Below, piece by piece: positions 26,909 to 36,696 of a DNA stretch of 59,993 nucleotides (its first letter is position 1; each line of letters begins with the position of its first letter). A program made the translations under genes and the position numbers. Under the pieces are notes generated by a model. It saw nothing but the letters and a program-made list of their open reading frames with translations. It was not told the origin of the DNA and ran no database searches. The DNA is taken from NCBI GenBank assembly GCA_015485505.1, contig WFTK01000003.1, forward strand, positions 1-59,993. The letters run 5' to 3'. The stretch comes from Patescibacteria group bacterium (GTDB taxonomy: Bacteria; Patescibacteriota; Minisyncoccia; Phycocordibacterales; UBA2100).

Positions 26909-27367
26909 TTATATTGTACTTAGTACATTTTGCTCGGTTATGCTCTTGGCATGCTCTGCTCTCTGTACATTTTCATTAATGTCTAGGCTCCAGGCAAGGT
27001 CCTTCATCTTACTATCGTTAATATTAGGTACCTCTACCTGACTTTTAGGTTGCTCTGAGGTTATCTGTTTATTCTTCTTCTTAACCTTCTTCTTATGACT
27101 CCATAAGTATAGCTTATTGCGCACAGAGTAGTAGAAGGCGGACTCTAATATATTTATAAAGGGCTGGTTGTTGATTTTGTAAAAAGCCAATGCAAGAGAA
27201 AGGCCTGCTACGGGTGCCACAAGTAAGTAATTAAGCCCGGTAGGCAATGATTGGAGTATTGCATAAGAGAGGCCGGTGCCACCCAGAATGTATATAAACT
27301 GCTTAAAGGTGAACGGCCCTATTATCTTGTCTTCAACATCTTGGAATTGTGGTACGGGGTATTGCAT
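26909..27367 (-). CDS. PrgI-family / VirB3-like small membrane protein
   Basis: MQYPVPQFQDVEDKIIGPFTFKQFIYILGG followed by two TM helices, the layout of PrgI/VirB3-like proteins. Confidence 0.45.
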   Translation of the reverse strand: MQYPVPQFQDVEDKIIGPFTFKQFIYILGGTGLSYAILQSLPTGLNYLLVAPVAGLSLALAFYKINNQPFINILESAFYYSVRNKLYLWSHKKKVKKKNKQITSEQPKSQVEVPNINDSKMKDLAWSLDINENVQRAEHAKSITEQNVLSTI

Positions 27368-27414
27368 ATAAATATATTATACCACCCTTAAAGACTAGGC
27401 ATTAAGCATATCCA

Positions 27415-27930
27415 CTACTCTATAGGCTCATGGTATGGATCATCTACCTTTGATGTACTATTTACTTTGGGAGTATATGTTGATGGATTTGTAGGAGCCT
27501 CGGAGAACTTACTGATGTCTATAGGGTTCTTCGCAGGAGTAGTATCGTCTATAGTCTCTAGTGTACTCTGCGCCTCCCCCACCTGCTCTTTTAAGGACTC
27601 TTGTATAGGGTCAAAGACTATAGCTATCACAGCCTCTGTTATCTTATTAGCTTGCTCGGGTGTAAGGCCAACATCCTTAACTATATTCTCCGGCAAGTCT
27701 TGAGGTTCTGTAATACCTAATAATGCCAGCATAATCTCATTCTCTAACAAGCGCCACTTATCAAGGTGTAGGCTATAGGCCTTAGAGAGTTCTCGGAGCT
27801 TAGCTTGTACATCTGCATTAGCTATAGTCTCTTGTACCACTTTAGGTAGTGAGTTATAAGCATCTTTTATTTGTTGTTGTATATCTGCCTCTTGCATATT
27901 AATTGTTTTATCTTTGTGTGCCTTCAGCAT
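27415..27930 (-). CDS. Acidic helical protein, unknown function (T4SS-like operon)
   Basis: 171-aa ORF with no TM segment. Overlaps the upstream gene by 23 nt. Confidence 0.45.
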   Translation of the reverse strand: MLKAHKDKTINMQEADIQQQIKDAYNSLPKVVQETIANADVQAKLRELSKAYSLHLDKWRLLENEIMLALLGITEPQDLPENIVKDVGLTPEQANKITEAVIAIVFDPIQESLKEQVGEAQSTLETIDDTTPAKNPIDISKFSEAPTNPSTYTPKVNSTSKVDDPYHEPIE

Positions 27931-28258
27931 TTAGCCTTTTAAAGTCGGCTATGGTGTCACCTATTACAGTATTGGCTATCTTGTCTATTTTATCTCGTTC
28001 TATATGCTTTAAGAAGATGACTTCAACGGCCTCGCTCTGTCCAGACTCAAGTAGAGTATTAACATGATCCATTATCTCCTCTGGTAGCTGAGAGACTAAC
28101 GCTATGGCAATTCGGTCTAATATTATTGTGCTTAGTTTGGTTATAATCTCAGCTTGCTCCTCCCTACTCAGGTGGGTCAAGTCTAGTTGCTCTACAAGTT
28201 TATTGCGAATCTCCTTAACCTCTGGGGGTGCTTGAGTGTTTATGCTATTAGTATCCAT
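27908..28258 (-). CDS. Small acidic helical protein, unknown function (T4SS-like operon)
   Basis: 116-aa ORF in operon context. Confidence 0.45.
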   Translation of the reverse strand: MDTNSINTQAPPEVKEIRNKLVEQLDLTHLSREEQAEIITKLSTIILDRIAIALVSQLPEEIMDHVNTLLESGQSEAVEVIFLKHIERDKIDKIANTVIGDTIADFKRLNAEGTQR

Positions 28259-28302
28259 AGTGTATTTATATTAACATATTAATTCATTGATAATTTAGCA
28301 AG

Positions 28303-29628
28303 TTACGAGTTACCCATATGCATCCAGAGAGTGCTCAATGTACTGGCTGTAGCAACTGCTAGACTCGTCTTTTTTTGTCTATCTTTGAGTTCTGGGAGTC
28401 GTTGGTCTAAGATATTCCTAAGTGCTGTACGAGATATTTTATGAAAGGCCGTTCCACGCGTAGGAGGCTCGCTCCAGAGCCTCTTGAGAGTCTCTCTTAC
28501 TATTTTAATGTTAGGTTTATGTAAGTATATACCCTCCTTTCTATCAAGCTGTTTATTAAATTCGTATAAAGTCTGTAAGAGCTGAGCATCATATAGCCGG
28601 CTACCTGACTCTCCGCGCTTGTTCCACAGTGCGCTGCCGACTAATCCGGCTCCACCTCCGGCCACAGAGTACCCTACGTGTGCTAGTACCCCGGCTCCAC
28701 CTGTAAGGGCTCCCGCTGTTATAGCTCCACCTACAGGCAATATGGTGTGCCCTATTGCTCTGCGTATATCTAGAATCTTTTTATATTTTTTGTCTTTAAG
28801 TAGTTGTTCTATAGTCATATTCTTTGGGGCTTTAGCTTCTGAGTCATTATTTATCTTTTGGTAATACCAATCAAGAGATTCTTGCTCCATTTCTTCTATA
28901 GAATTTAATTCTATATTTATGCCGTGCTTCCGTGCTATGTCTCTATCTATGGGGCTACTTGCATCGAACTCATCACGCGGTAGTAAGCTCAAATTATACT
29001 TACCCGCAAATTCATCAGCTGCGCCTCCTAAACGGATTATATCAGTAGTATTATTACGTATAATATCTTCACTTACGTGGGGGCTTGCTAAAGCTACAAT
29101 TTGTTTACTTAGTTCATCTGCTAAGGGGTCTAAGTATTCAAGGTATTCATCGATGGTTTTACTTACACGTATATAAGTGGCGAGTCGAGCATATCTATTA
29201 ACTACTTGTTCTATTTTACTCCTATTTCCTTTATCAATTTTGTCTCCAGACTCTTTTAGTATGTTTGTTATAAAATGCTGGTTTTCTCTTCTTAAATACC
29301 TGGTAAGTATCTGTTCCCTCTTAAGCCCCTCAGGCGTATCATTATATATATTAGGTACAGGCAAATTTGGATTTTGTATCAAGGCTTTTATATCATCTGT
29401 AAGCTCCTCTGGTGACTCACCTGAGTGTTTTTTAGGTGTAGGACCTTCAACAACCTCTGTACTGTTACTTATTTGGTGTATTTTGGGATTATGGTGAGGG
29501 TATAAGAAGCTAGGTATATTATTTTTATCCATACGGTGCAGCATCATCTCCTCATCATGCGTCTCACGTAAAAGCTCCTTTTGCTTGTCGGTCAATAGCT
29601 CTCCTGGTCTCTTCTCAAACTTTGGCAT
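28303..29628 (-). CDS. Unknown protein with a C-terminal Gly-rich membrane segment (T4SS-like operon)
   Basis: 441 aa. GGAITAGALTGGAGVLAHVGYSVAGGGAGLVGSAL near the C-terminus. Starts 2 nt after the upstream stop. Confidence 0.5.
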   Translation of the reverse strand: MPKFEKRPGELLTDKQKELLRETHDEEMMLHRMDKNNIPSFLYPHHNPKIHQISNSTEVVEGPTPKKHSGESPEELTDDIKALIQNPNLPVPNIYNDTPEGLKREQILTRYLRRENQHFITNILKESGDKIDKGNRSKIEQVVNRYARLATYIRVSKTIDEYLEYLDPLADELSKQIVALASPHVSEDIIRNNTTDIIRLGGAADEFAGKYNLSLLPRDEFDASSPIDRDIARKHGINIELNSIEEMEQESLDWYYQKINNDSEAKAPKNMTIEQLLKDKKYKKILDIRRAIGHTILPVGGAITAGALTGGAGVLAHVGYSVAGGGAGLVGSALWNKRGESGSRLYDAQLLQTLYEFNKQLDRKEGIYLHKPNIKIVRETLKRLWSEPPTRGTAFHKISRTALRNILDQRLPELKDRQKKTSLAVATASTLSTLWMHMGNS

Positions 29629-29629
29629 A

Positions 29630-32089
29630 CTATTTTTCCTCTTTAGTAGCGTCTTTATTAGCTTCTTTTACTGCATCAGATATATTCTTATCTTTGCTAG
29701 AGAGTGCCGCAAGTAACGCTTTACGTACCTTGGCGTCCTCTTCTTGTTTAGCTATGTCGCTTTTACTCATACCGGCTTTTTGCATTTGCTTAGACATAAA
29801 CTTTAGATTTGCTGTGTGTTGTCCTAATAACTTATTTAGCTTATTTAATGAGTCTGGGTTCATTGTAGCTATAACGTCTGCAGACGGCATCGATACAACC
29901 TTGTTATTTTTATCAAATTGTATACCTAGTTGCTCTAGCCAATCTCTGTCTGTAGTTGATAGACTGCTGGCAGCTTTAGCAAGACGAGTTTTACTTATTG
30001 TCTCTTGCCACTTTTGTTCGTAACTCTTTAATGTGCGGTCTAGCTCTTGTATTTGGTCTTGGTAGTTGGTGTGTTGTTTCTCTAACTCATCAATCTCACG
30101 TTTGTGTGCAGTAATTTGGGCATCACGCTCTAGTTGCTTTAACTTATTCTCTTCTTGTATCCTACTTAAGTTTGCTTTAGCTATACTTAATTCATCGTGA
30201 GTCCTTTGTGCCTCTTCTTTTAATTTCTCTGCCTCTTGTAATGTATTTGAGTGAGTTTGTATTCTTGCTTGAGTATCTGACTTTTCTTTACTTAACTCGG
30301 CGATCTCTTTATTTAAGCTGTCAAAGTCTGCATTACCCACACTTAGTCCATCAGCTCGTAACTTCTCCAGCTCTAATGATTTACTATCTAATTTAGCTTC
30401 GATGTTTTTAATTTTACTTGTCTCCTCAGCCATAAGAGCACCTGCCTCTTGTGCGGTATTGCTGGCCTGCTTACTCCTCTCCTCGATCTCTGTAACTTTA
30501 CGCTCTTTCTCTTCAACTGTCTTCTGAGCTGCTTGCTGAGCCGTAGAGTCGTCTTTATTTTGTTTCTCCAGCTTTCTCATTTCGGCTTCTTGCTTTTTAA
30601 TCTGTTCTTCTAGATCCTTTTGCGCCTTTTGTGCTGCTGTCTTGGCACCCTTTGTGGCGTTATATACCCCACTACCCTCTGCAATAGCCTCTTGTACTTG
30701 CTTTAGCTGAGCCTCATCATGTTTTTTGTCATACTTTTCTCTTTGTTCTTTGATCTTTTTAAATCCGTCTGTAACACCCTTACCTAAGTTAATACCAGCC
30801 TGCTCCATGAACTTTTGTGCATTTTTATTTTGACGGATATCATATGAGGAGTTTGCCACGCTCTTAAGTGCACCACTATTTGCAAGAGAGTTTAATCCGC
30901 GACTTAGTCGAGCACTATTGGTACTATCAGCCCACTTGCCTAACCTGTCACTCATATAACTTGCACCACGGCCGAGAGTGCCTCTACCTGCCCAGCCTGC
31001 AGATGCTATAGCTGGTCTACTTACGGTTCTTTGTGCCCAGTTCATAAGTCCATTTACTCTGCCTCCAATAGCGCCCATAGAGTCCGCGGCTTTGTTAGAG
31101 AGTATCGTAGAGATACGTATTGCTCCCCAAAGTAGACCTATACCTATTAAGAATTTAACTATAACTAAAGCAAAACCACTATCTAGTGTACCAGTGGTAA
31201 GCTCACCGCCTGCAATACTCCCACTAGACTTTAGCGGTCCCATTACCTCCATTAACTTAGTGACCATAAATAGAGTTAAAAGCAGTATTGGTGCTAGTAG
31301 AGAGTTATATAAAAGACCATTGCGCCAAGATATCCAATATTTGTTAAGTGCCGGTATAAGCATGGCGGCGAAGGCGAAGGAGGATGTTGCCAAAAGGATA
31401 AACAATAATATTGCCCTAGCTATAAACATAAATGCCATACGGAAGAACATTATCGATGCAAGTAGGGTCAATACAAGTGTGGCCGTAAATTGACCTACGA
31501 TACTGGCGAAGTCATTAGTATTAGTTGTAGTATCTAACTCTTCTGAACCAATATATTTTTTAAGTGAATCCCAAGTCTTAGACAGTAGTTCACCCGTCAT
31601 CTCTACGCCATTCATATTCGTTACAATTATATCTGCCAAGCCCTCATTTTGTATTGATTGCACGTTACCTGCTTTATCCTTTGGTAGCATGGCGTTGTAT
31701 GTTTGGACAGACATCCAGTTGGTGATGTCTATAGCAGTGAGGGTGAAGAAGAAGCTAAAGTTGATGAGGATGGCTACTGTCAGTAGTGTAACTATCTCTC
31801 TACGGTAGTCCTTACTAATACTAAGTATCTTAGATATAGCAATATAAACAAAGGCACCGATTATAAGGATATTTGATATATCTCGTATCATTAGCCATAT
31901 ACTCTTTATTGCAGACATTAGTCCAGTATCTCCAGACTGGCCCTTAACAGTTTTATAGAACTCTAATACGGTATAGTTTAAAGAGGAGTCAAACATGCTA
32001 ACAGAAGCCCAAAGCATGATGCCAGGCACAATTATAAGTAGTGCTATTTTACCTCCAAGACCCGCTAGATTTAACGCTAGGTTTAACAT
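29630..32089 (-). CDS. VirB6/TrbL-like polytopic membrane protein fused to a ~400-aa coiled-coil tail
   Basis: At least 7 hydrophobic helices in the first ~370 aa, then a K/E/Q/A-rich heptad-like sequence up to the C-terminus. Confidence 0.45.
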   Translation of the reverse strand: MLNLALNLAGLGGKIALLIIVPGIMLWASVSMFDSSLNYTVLEFYKTVKGQSGDTGLMSAIKSIWLMIRDISNILIIGAFVYIAISKILSISKDYRREIVTLLTVAILINFSFFFTLTAIDITNWMSVQTYNAMLPKDKAGNVQSIQNEGLADIIVTNMNGVEMTGELLSKTWDSLKKYIGSEELDTTTNTNDFASIVGQFTATLVLTLLASIMFFRMAFMFIARAILLFILLATSSFAFAAMLIPALNKYWISWRNGLLYNSLLAPILLLTLFMVTKLMEVMGPLKSSGSIAGGELTTGTLDSGFALVIVKFLIGIGLLWGAIRISTILSNKAADSMGAIGGRVNGLMNWAQRTVSRPAIASAGWAGRGTLGRGASYMSDRLGKWADSTNSARLSRGLNSLANSGALKSVANSSYDIRQNKNAQKFMEQAGINLGKGVTDGFKKIKEQREKYDKKHDEAQLKQVQEAIAEGSGVYNATKGAKTAAQKAQKDLEEQIKKQEAEMRKLEKQNKDDSTAQQAAQKTVEEKERKVTEIEERSKQASNTAQEAGALMAEETSKIKNIEAKLDSKSLELEKLRADGLSVGNADFDSLNKEIAELSKEKSDTQARIQTHSNTLQEAEKLKEEAQRTHDELSIAKANLSRIQEENKLKQLERDAQITAHKREIDELEKQHTNYQDQIQELDRTLKSYEQKWQETISKTRLAKAASSLSTTDRDWLEQLGIQFDKNNKVVSMPSADVIATMNPDSLNKLNKLLGQHTANLKFMSKQMQKAGMSKSDIAKQEEDAKVRKALLAALSSKDKNISDAVKEANKDATKEEK

Positions 32090-32127
32090 ATTCTTATTTT
32101 ATATTGTGAGAAACCGAGCATACAGAT

Positions 32128-33867
32128 TTAATTCTTCTCTTGGTCGCGCCATTTTGTTGGGTCGCACCATGACGCTTCCCACTGTGAGCTTGTCTCGGTT
32201 ATAAGGTCTGACATTGATGATTGTATCTGTGCTTGTTGATCTTGAGCTATCAGTACATCTGAGGTTTTGTGCAACGTGCCACTTGCAACTAGTTGATCTA
32301 TCTCCCCTAGCACAGCGCGTGTCTCAGTTGGGGTAGTAGCAGATGAGAGTCTTACTTGTAAATCTGTTAGCTTGGTGAGGGCTGCGTTAGAGTCTTCAAG
32401 ATTTTGCTTTATTGTGGCCAGTAGAGGTACTATGTCTGTTGTGAGCACTGATAAGTAGTATTTGGTAGTACGCAGTATTGTAGCCTCAGCCTTATTCCCC
32501 CCACCTGCTGCTACTATATCAATGTCTATTGTCGTCTCTTGGGTGTCTGTGAGAGGGTCCTCACCATATGGAGGCTCCTCTGTGCTTGGTGTAGATATGG
32601 CAGTGCCGTTAACGGTATTGAGCTCAGCCAGCAAGTCTACCTTTGCTTGTGCTACTAAGCCACCCCAGCATGCGGCATCTTTGGTTTGTAGAGCTTGGAT
32701 CGTGCGGTTGATGGTGTCAAATGATGCTTTACGTGCCATGTTATACTCAGACTCGGCTATTATAGCTTTAGATAGGGTGTCATTTGCTATTGATGTATAC
32801 TGCCCTCTGGCACGTGCAGCAGAGTCCTGGACTATCCTATCTAAGAAGGAAAGCCCGCCATTGATGGAGTCTGGCAAGCCCTTAAGACCGCCTACACTTG
32901 TGAGTATTTGAGTGTGTATGTTACTCATGAGAGAGCCTATAAGTTCACCCGTTGCGTCGGCATTTTCTAGCTGTCTCTGGCCTGTTAGAGATGTGTAGCT
33001 TATGATATCCTTAACAACAGCGCCTGGAGTGACTATCTGCTCTACCTCCTCAAACTCGCCATTACCCTTAGGTATACGCTTCTTCTCCTTTTTAGACTTG
33101 AAGCCATCTCCCCAGCCTAATAGGGTAAATTCGTCTTTTATTTTCTCCTCCTTGTCTTTTTGTAATTGGTCGGCTGCCCCCAAGTATACTAGTAGCGGGT
33201 TGTTCTCTGGAGAGATGACCTTTAGGTAAATGTCTTTATTAAATCTACCTTTGCCGTTTAAGAAGTCTTTAAATGCCTGCTGCTCCTCACTCGGTACGCT
33301 ACAACTATATGACACCTCGGGGTTATTAACCTCTCTGTCGGTCTGAGCTTTTAGAGTCTTTTTTACATCTTCTTTAAAGGGTTCACAGATGTTCTCTGTC
33401 CTTGGGCCAGAGATAAAGTCGTCTGTTACTTTTGTTTTGAGATCGTCTCTAAATTTCTTTGGGTTTTCCTCAAAGGCTGGTTGATTAGCAGCCCAAGAGA
33501 GAGTGCTCTTGGCCATTGCGGCTATCATCGTCTCACGAATGCGAGTTACTACTCCGTCTAAGATACACTGCTTATACAAGAGTATATTTGTATTAGTGAT
33601 GGTTGCTTGATCTGCAACGGGTACAAATACACCTTGTGCCCTTTCCGCCCCAACAGAGCCATACTTACCTCCCTCACAGCTATATAGCCCCTCTGTGCTA
33701 TAGCCCTCGGGTATAGAGTCGCTGTCACCTACTGTCGGCAATGGGTCACCTGGAGTGACTGTAGTGTCAGTGGTCTGTGCGGTAGCCGTCTGAGCAAATA
33801 ATAAGAACACTACTATTAATAGTATGGCGAGTTTATCAGTATTGTTTTGTGTGTGTGTCTTTATCAT
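32128..33867 (-). CDS. Secreted protein, unknown function (T4SS-like operon)
   Basis: Signal peptide LAILLIVVFLLFAQTATA. 579 aa. 4-nt overlap with the upstream gene. Confidence 0.5.
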   Translation of the reverse strand: MIKTHTQNNTDKLAILLIVVFLLFAQTATAQTTDTTVTPGDPLPTVGDSDSIPEGYSTEGLYSCEGGKYGSVGAERAQGVFVPVADQATITNTNILLYKQCILDGVVTRIRETMIAAMAKSTLSWAANQPAFEENPKKFRDDLKTKVTDDFISGPRTENICEPFKEDVKKTLKAQTDREVNNPEVSYSCSVPSEEQQAFKDFLNGKGRFNKDIYLKVISPENNPLLVYLGAADQLQKDKEEKIKDEFTLLGWGDGFKSKKEKKRIPKGNGEFEEVEQIVTPGAVVKDIISYTSLTGQRQLENADATGELIGSLMSNIHTQILTSVGGLKGLPDSINGGLSFLDRIVQDSAARARGQYTSIANDTLSKAIIAESEYNMARKASFDTINRTIQALQTKDAACWGGLVAQAKVDLLAELNTVNGTAISTPSTEEPPYGEDPLTDTQETTIDIDIVAAGGGNKAEATILRTTKYYLSVLTTDIVPLLATIKQNLEDSNAALTKLTDLQVRLSSATTPTETRAVLGEIDQLVASGTLHKTSDVLIAQDQQAQIQSSMSDLITETSSQWEASWCDPTKWRDQEKN

Positions 33868-34673
33868 ATGCTTGTGTCGTAGACTCCCTTAAGGATGAAG
33901 TAAGTTTTAAGATCCTCAAAAGCGCGCCCAAGCTCCTCCTCAGCTTGAGAGAAGTTGGCTGTGCCAGAGAGGCTCGCAGCCGGGTCGTCGTAACCTTTAG
34001 AGAGCTCTGTAAGTATAACAGAGAATTTGCGCAAGCTATTAACTATAGCTAAGTGTACGGCTGATACGTCTTTAGGTACAGGGACTTTTAGTACCTCTAG
34101 TGCGGCATTGTTGTATACAGTTGCTATATTAGCTAGAGAGTCAAAGTCGTCTTTAGAGTTGTCTCTTATAGCGCGGGCATATATTGTGAGCTCATACTCC
34201 TTAAGGTTAAAGATCGGTTGCAGTGCTTGTTGTAATTGAGTTTTATAGATCTCAACAGCGGGTTTACTTGTGTCGGTTATTATATTAAGCTCCGTGGCTG
34301 TTGTGGGAGTAAAGTTGAGTTGTAGCATGTAGTCTGTGGCCCTCTCTACTATTTGTTGTCCACTCTCTGGAGTATAGTTGCCATCTTTAAGTTGTTTAAG
34401 GTACGGACCTATTACATTGCGGGTTAGTATGTCAGTCTCTGTTAGTGACTCCGGCTCGTCTGTTGCAGAGTTGTCAGTAGAGTCTTCTGTCGGGCTATTA
34501 TCAGGGTTATATACCAGCTTATCGTCAGTAGTAGCTGTATTTTGTACTGGTGTTTCAATGATTATAGGTGTACTGTTGCGCTTATTGCTTATATAAAATG
34601 CTCCTCCAATTATAAGTACACCCAATACGCTGGACACTAACAACTTTTTACTTAGTACAAGAGGCTCACCCAT
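33864..34673 (-). CDS. Single-pass membrane protein, T/D-rich linker plus helical ectodomain (T4SS-like operon)
   Basis: TM LLVSSVLGVLIIGGAFYI. Same architecture as 34692-35573. Confidence 0.5.
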   Translation of the reverse strand: MGEPLVLSKKLLVSSVLGVLIIGGAFYISNKRNSTPIIIETPVQNTATTDDKLVYNPDNSPTEDSTDNSATDEPESLTETDILTRNVIGPYLKQLKDGNYTPESGQQIVERATDYMLQLNFTPTTATELNIITDTSKPAVEIYKTQLQQALQPIFNLKEYELTIYARAIRDNSKDDFDSLANIATVYNNAALEVLKVPVPKDVSAVHLAIVNSLRKFSVILTELSKGYDDPAASLSGTANFSQAEEELGRAFEDLKTYFILKGVYDTSI

Positions 34674-34691
34674 ATGGCTATTATAGCACTA

Positions 34692-35573
34692 CTATAAGCT
34701 GGGAGGCATGAATATATCCCCACCCTCACCTTTATTAAACTTGATGCCATAGAGCTTGAAGATCTTTGCAAATTTGATATAGCTCTTTGCAAATTCGTCT
34801 ACCGTGGCATTGTACCTATATATCTCATCTAGTAGGTCCTTGTCTGAGACTTTACCTACTAGGGCTATTGTTGCCTCCCCTACCTTTTTATAACCTTCAC
34901 TGAGTTTAGTGACAGGCTCTACTAAGGGTATGGGGGCTTGTGCTACTTTGAGACTCTCGGAGAGGGTTATGTATTGTTGCCCTAGTTGGAGCAGAGCGTC
35001 GCCCGTTTGTTGACTCTCTCTGTCGTCTACAAAATTTTGTATTAATTGGGGTTGATCTCCAGCCTTGAGCGTAAACTCTTTTATAGTGTTGCCAACCTCA
35101 TTACCATAGTCATATATTGCCAGCTCTAGTGGTGTTTTGCTAGGGGTTGGTGTTTGCTCTTGCGATGTACTTGGTTGTTTGGTTGGTAGCCATGACCACA
35201 GGTCAGATATATAGTCTGGTAGTATTGATTGTTCTTTTGGTTCATCTGTTATGGTTGTAGGCATAGACTTTGTTGGTGGAGGAGATGTGGGTTCGTCGTT
35301 ATTAACAACCACCACTTGAGTCGTAGTGTCTTTAGTTTGTTGCCAATCTGGTAGAGAGTCAGCTTGCGGTTTAGGAGTGTCACTTTCTCTAGGAACAAAT
35401 GCATTGTATTTAGTTACCGGCCTTGTCTGCATCACCTCTACATTAGAGAAGGTGTCAGATTCTTGCTCGGTAACGCTTATCATCTGTTTTATTAATATAG
35501 CCGCTGATAGCAACACAACAGCCATAAAAGCTAATATTAGTATAAATACCAGTCTTTTATTATCTTTTATCAT
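34692..35573 (-). CDS. Single-pass membrane protein, T/P-rich linker plus helical ectodomain (T4SS-like operon)
   Basis: TM LVFILILAFMAVVLLSAAILI. Likely a distant paralogue of 33864-34673. Confidence 0.5.
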   Translation of the reverse strand: MIKDNKRLVFILILAFMAVVLLSAAILIKQMISVTEQESDTFSNVEVMQTRPVTKYNAFVPRESDTPKPQADSLPDWQQTKDTTTQVVVVNNDEPTSPPPTKSMPTTITDEPKEQSILPDYISDLWSWLPTKQPSTSQEQTPTPSKTPLELAIYDYGNEVGNTIKEFTLKAGDQPQLIQNFVDDRESQQTGDALLQLGQQYITLSESLKVAQAPIPLVEPVTKLSEGYKKVGEATIALVGKVSDKDLLDEIYRYNATVDEFAKSYIKFAKIFKLYGIKFNKGEGGDIFMPPSL

Positions 35574-35574
35574 A

Positions 35575-35898
35575 TTATCTACTTGAGCCCATCATCATGA
35601 TTAACCATCCGGGTCGTACATCTAATGGCAATACTGTGACAAGGCAAAAGTAGCTAGGGCCAGCATTACCAAGCAGCCATTGACCTCTGCGAGTAGGTGG
35701 GCCAAAAGAGTATGTATCAGTTATAGATGGACTCCACAAGTACTCACCACCTCTTGGTGGTCCTAATACGGTATATGTGACCATGTTTAGACAACCTATA
35801 ATTGTGTTTATGGGCCCGCCAAAGCTTATTGCAGCCGCAGCAGTATTGGGTACAACTAACGTTAATAGTAACATTATAGCTATTGCATATTTACGCAT
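35575..35898 (-). CDS. Small secreted protein, first gene of the T4SS-like operon
   Basis: Start set at MRKYAIAIMLLLTLVVPNTAAAA (signal peptide). The longer tracked ORF would overlap the rsmA 3' end. Confidence 0.45.
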   Translation of the reverse strand: MRKYAIAIMLLLTLVVPNTAAAAISFGGPINTIIGCLNMVTYTVLGPPRGGEYLWSPSITDTYSFGPPTRRGQWLLGNAGPSYFCLVTVLPLDVRPGWLIMMMGSSR

Positions 35899-35906
35899 TG
35901 CTTTGA

Positions 35907-36680
35907 TTATAGCATATGAGCTAAGGTCTTTGTTAGGGTTGCCCACTCCTCAAGAGTCAGAGTCTCGGCTCTGGCTGAGTCGCTTATGTCTAATCTTTCA
36001 AGCTCCTCTTTACTTATGTTTAAATTATTTGCGAGTATTTTGCGCTTTTGAGAGAAGCCGAGCCTTAGGACTTTAAAAAAATCCTTTTCAGTAATATTGT
36101 TAGTTATAAAGAAATCTTTAGAGATATCTGCAATGTGTAATATCGCAGAGTCTACTCGTGGCTTGGGGTTGAAGAGCATTGCTGGTACCTTCTGTACATA
36201 CTTTGGCTCCCCATAGGCTTTGACACTCATGCTTAAGATGCTCTCTTTGGCATCTCTGGCGACTATGCGTTGTGCTACCTCCTTTTGTACTAAGAGAGTC
36301 ATGCTTATGGGTTGTTGCTTAGACTCTAAGAACTTTCTTAATATCTCCCCTGTTATATAATACGGTATGTTTGCTATGAGCTTGTAATGTTTGGGTAGTG
36401 TAGAAATATCAAATGTGGAGATGTCTGTATTGATTAGGGTCAATTGCTCGGAGGTTAGCTCTTTTGCAAATTTCTCTTGTAATAGTGGCATCAATTCAAT
36501 GTCTTTCTCTATAGCTATAACGGTAGCCCCAGTGTTGAGTAGTTCTACGGTGAGTGCTCCCTTGCCCGGGCCTATCTCTACAACAACATCTGCACTTGAT
36601 AAGCCTGCTGTTTCTATCATCTTGCGTACTACGGCCGGGCTCTTTAAAAAGTTTTGCCCTAATGACTTTTTAGCTCGCAT
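35907..36680 (-). CDS. rsmA: 16S rRNA (adenine1518/1519-N6) dimethyltransferase
   Basis: KSLGQNFL start motif, SAM-binding VVEIGPGKGALT, ANIPYYIT. Confidence 0.9.
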   Translation of the reverse strand: MRAKKSLGQNFLKSPAVVRKMIETAGLSSADVVVEIGPGKGALTVELLNTGATVIAIEKDIELMPLLQEKFAKELTSEQLTLINTDISTFDISTLPKHYKLIANIPYYITGEILRKFLESKQQPISMTLLVQKEVAQRIVARDAKESILSMSVKAYGEPKYVQKVPAMLFNPKPRVDSAILHIADISKDFFITNNITEKDFFKVLRLGFSQKRKILANNLNISKEELERLDISDSARAETLTLEEWATLTKTLAHML

Positions 36681-36696
36681 ATACTTGAGTTTACAG

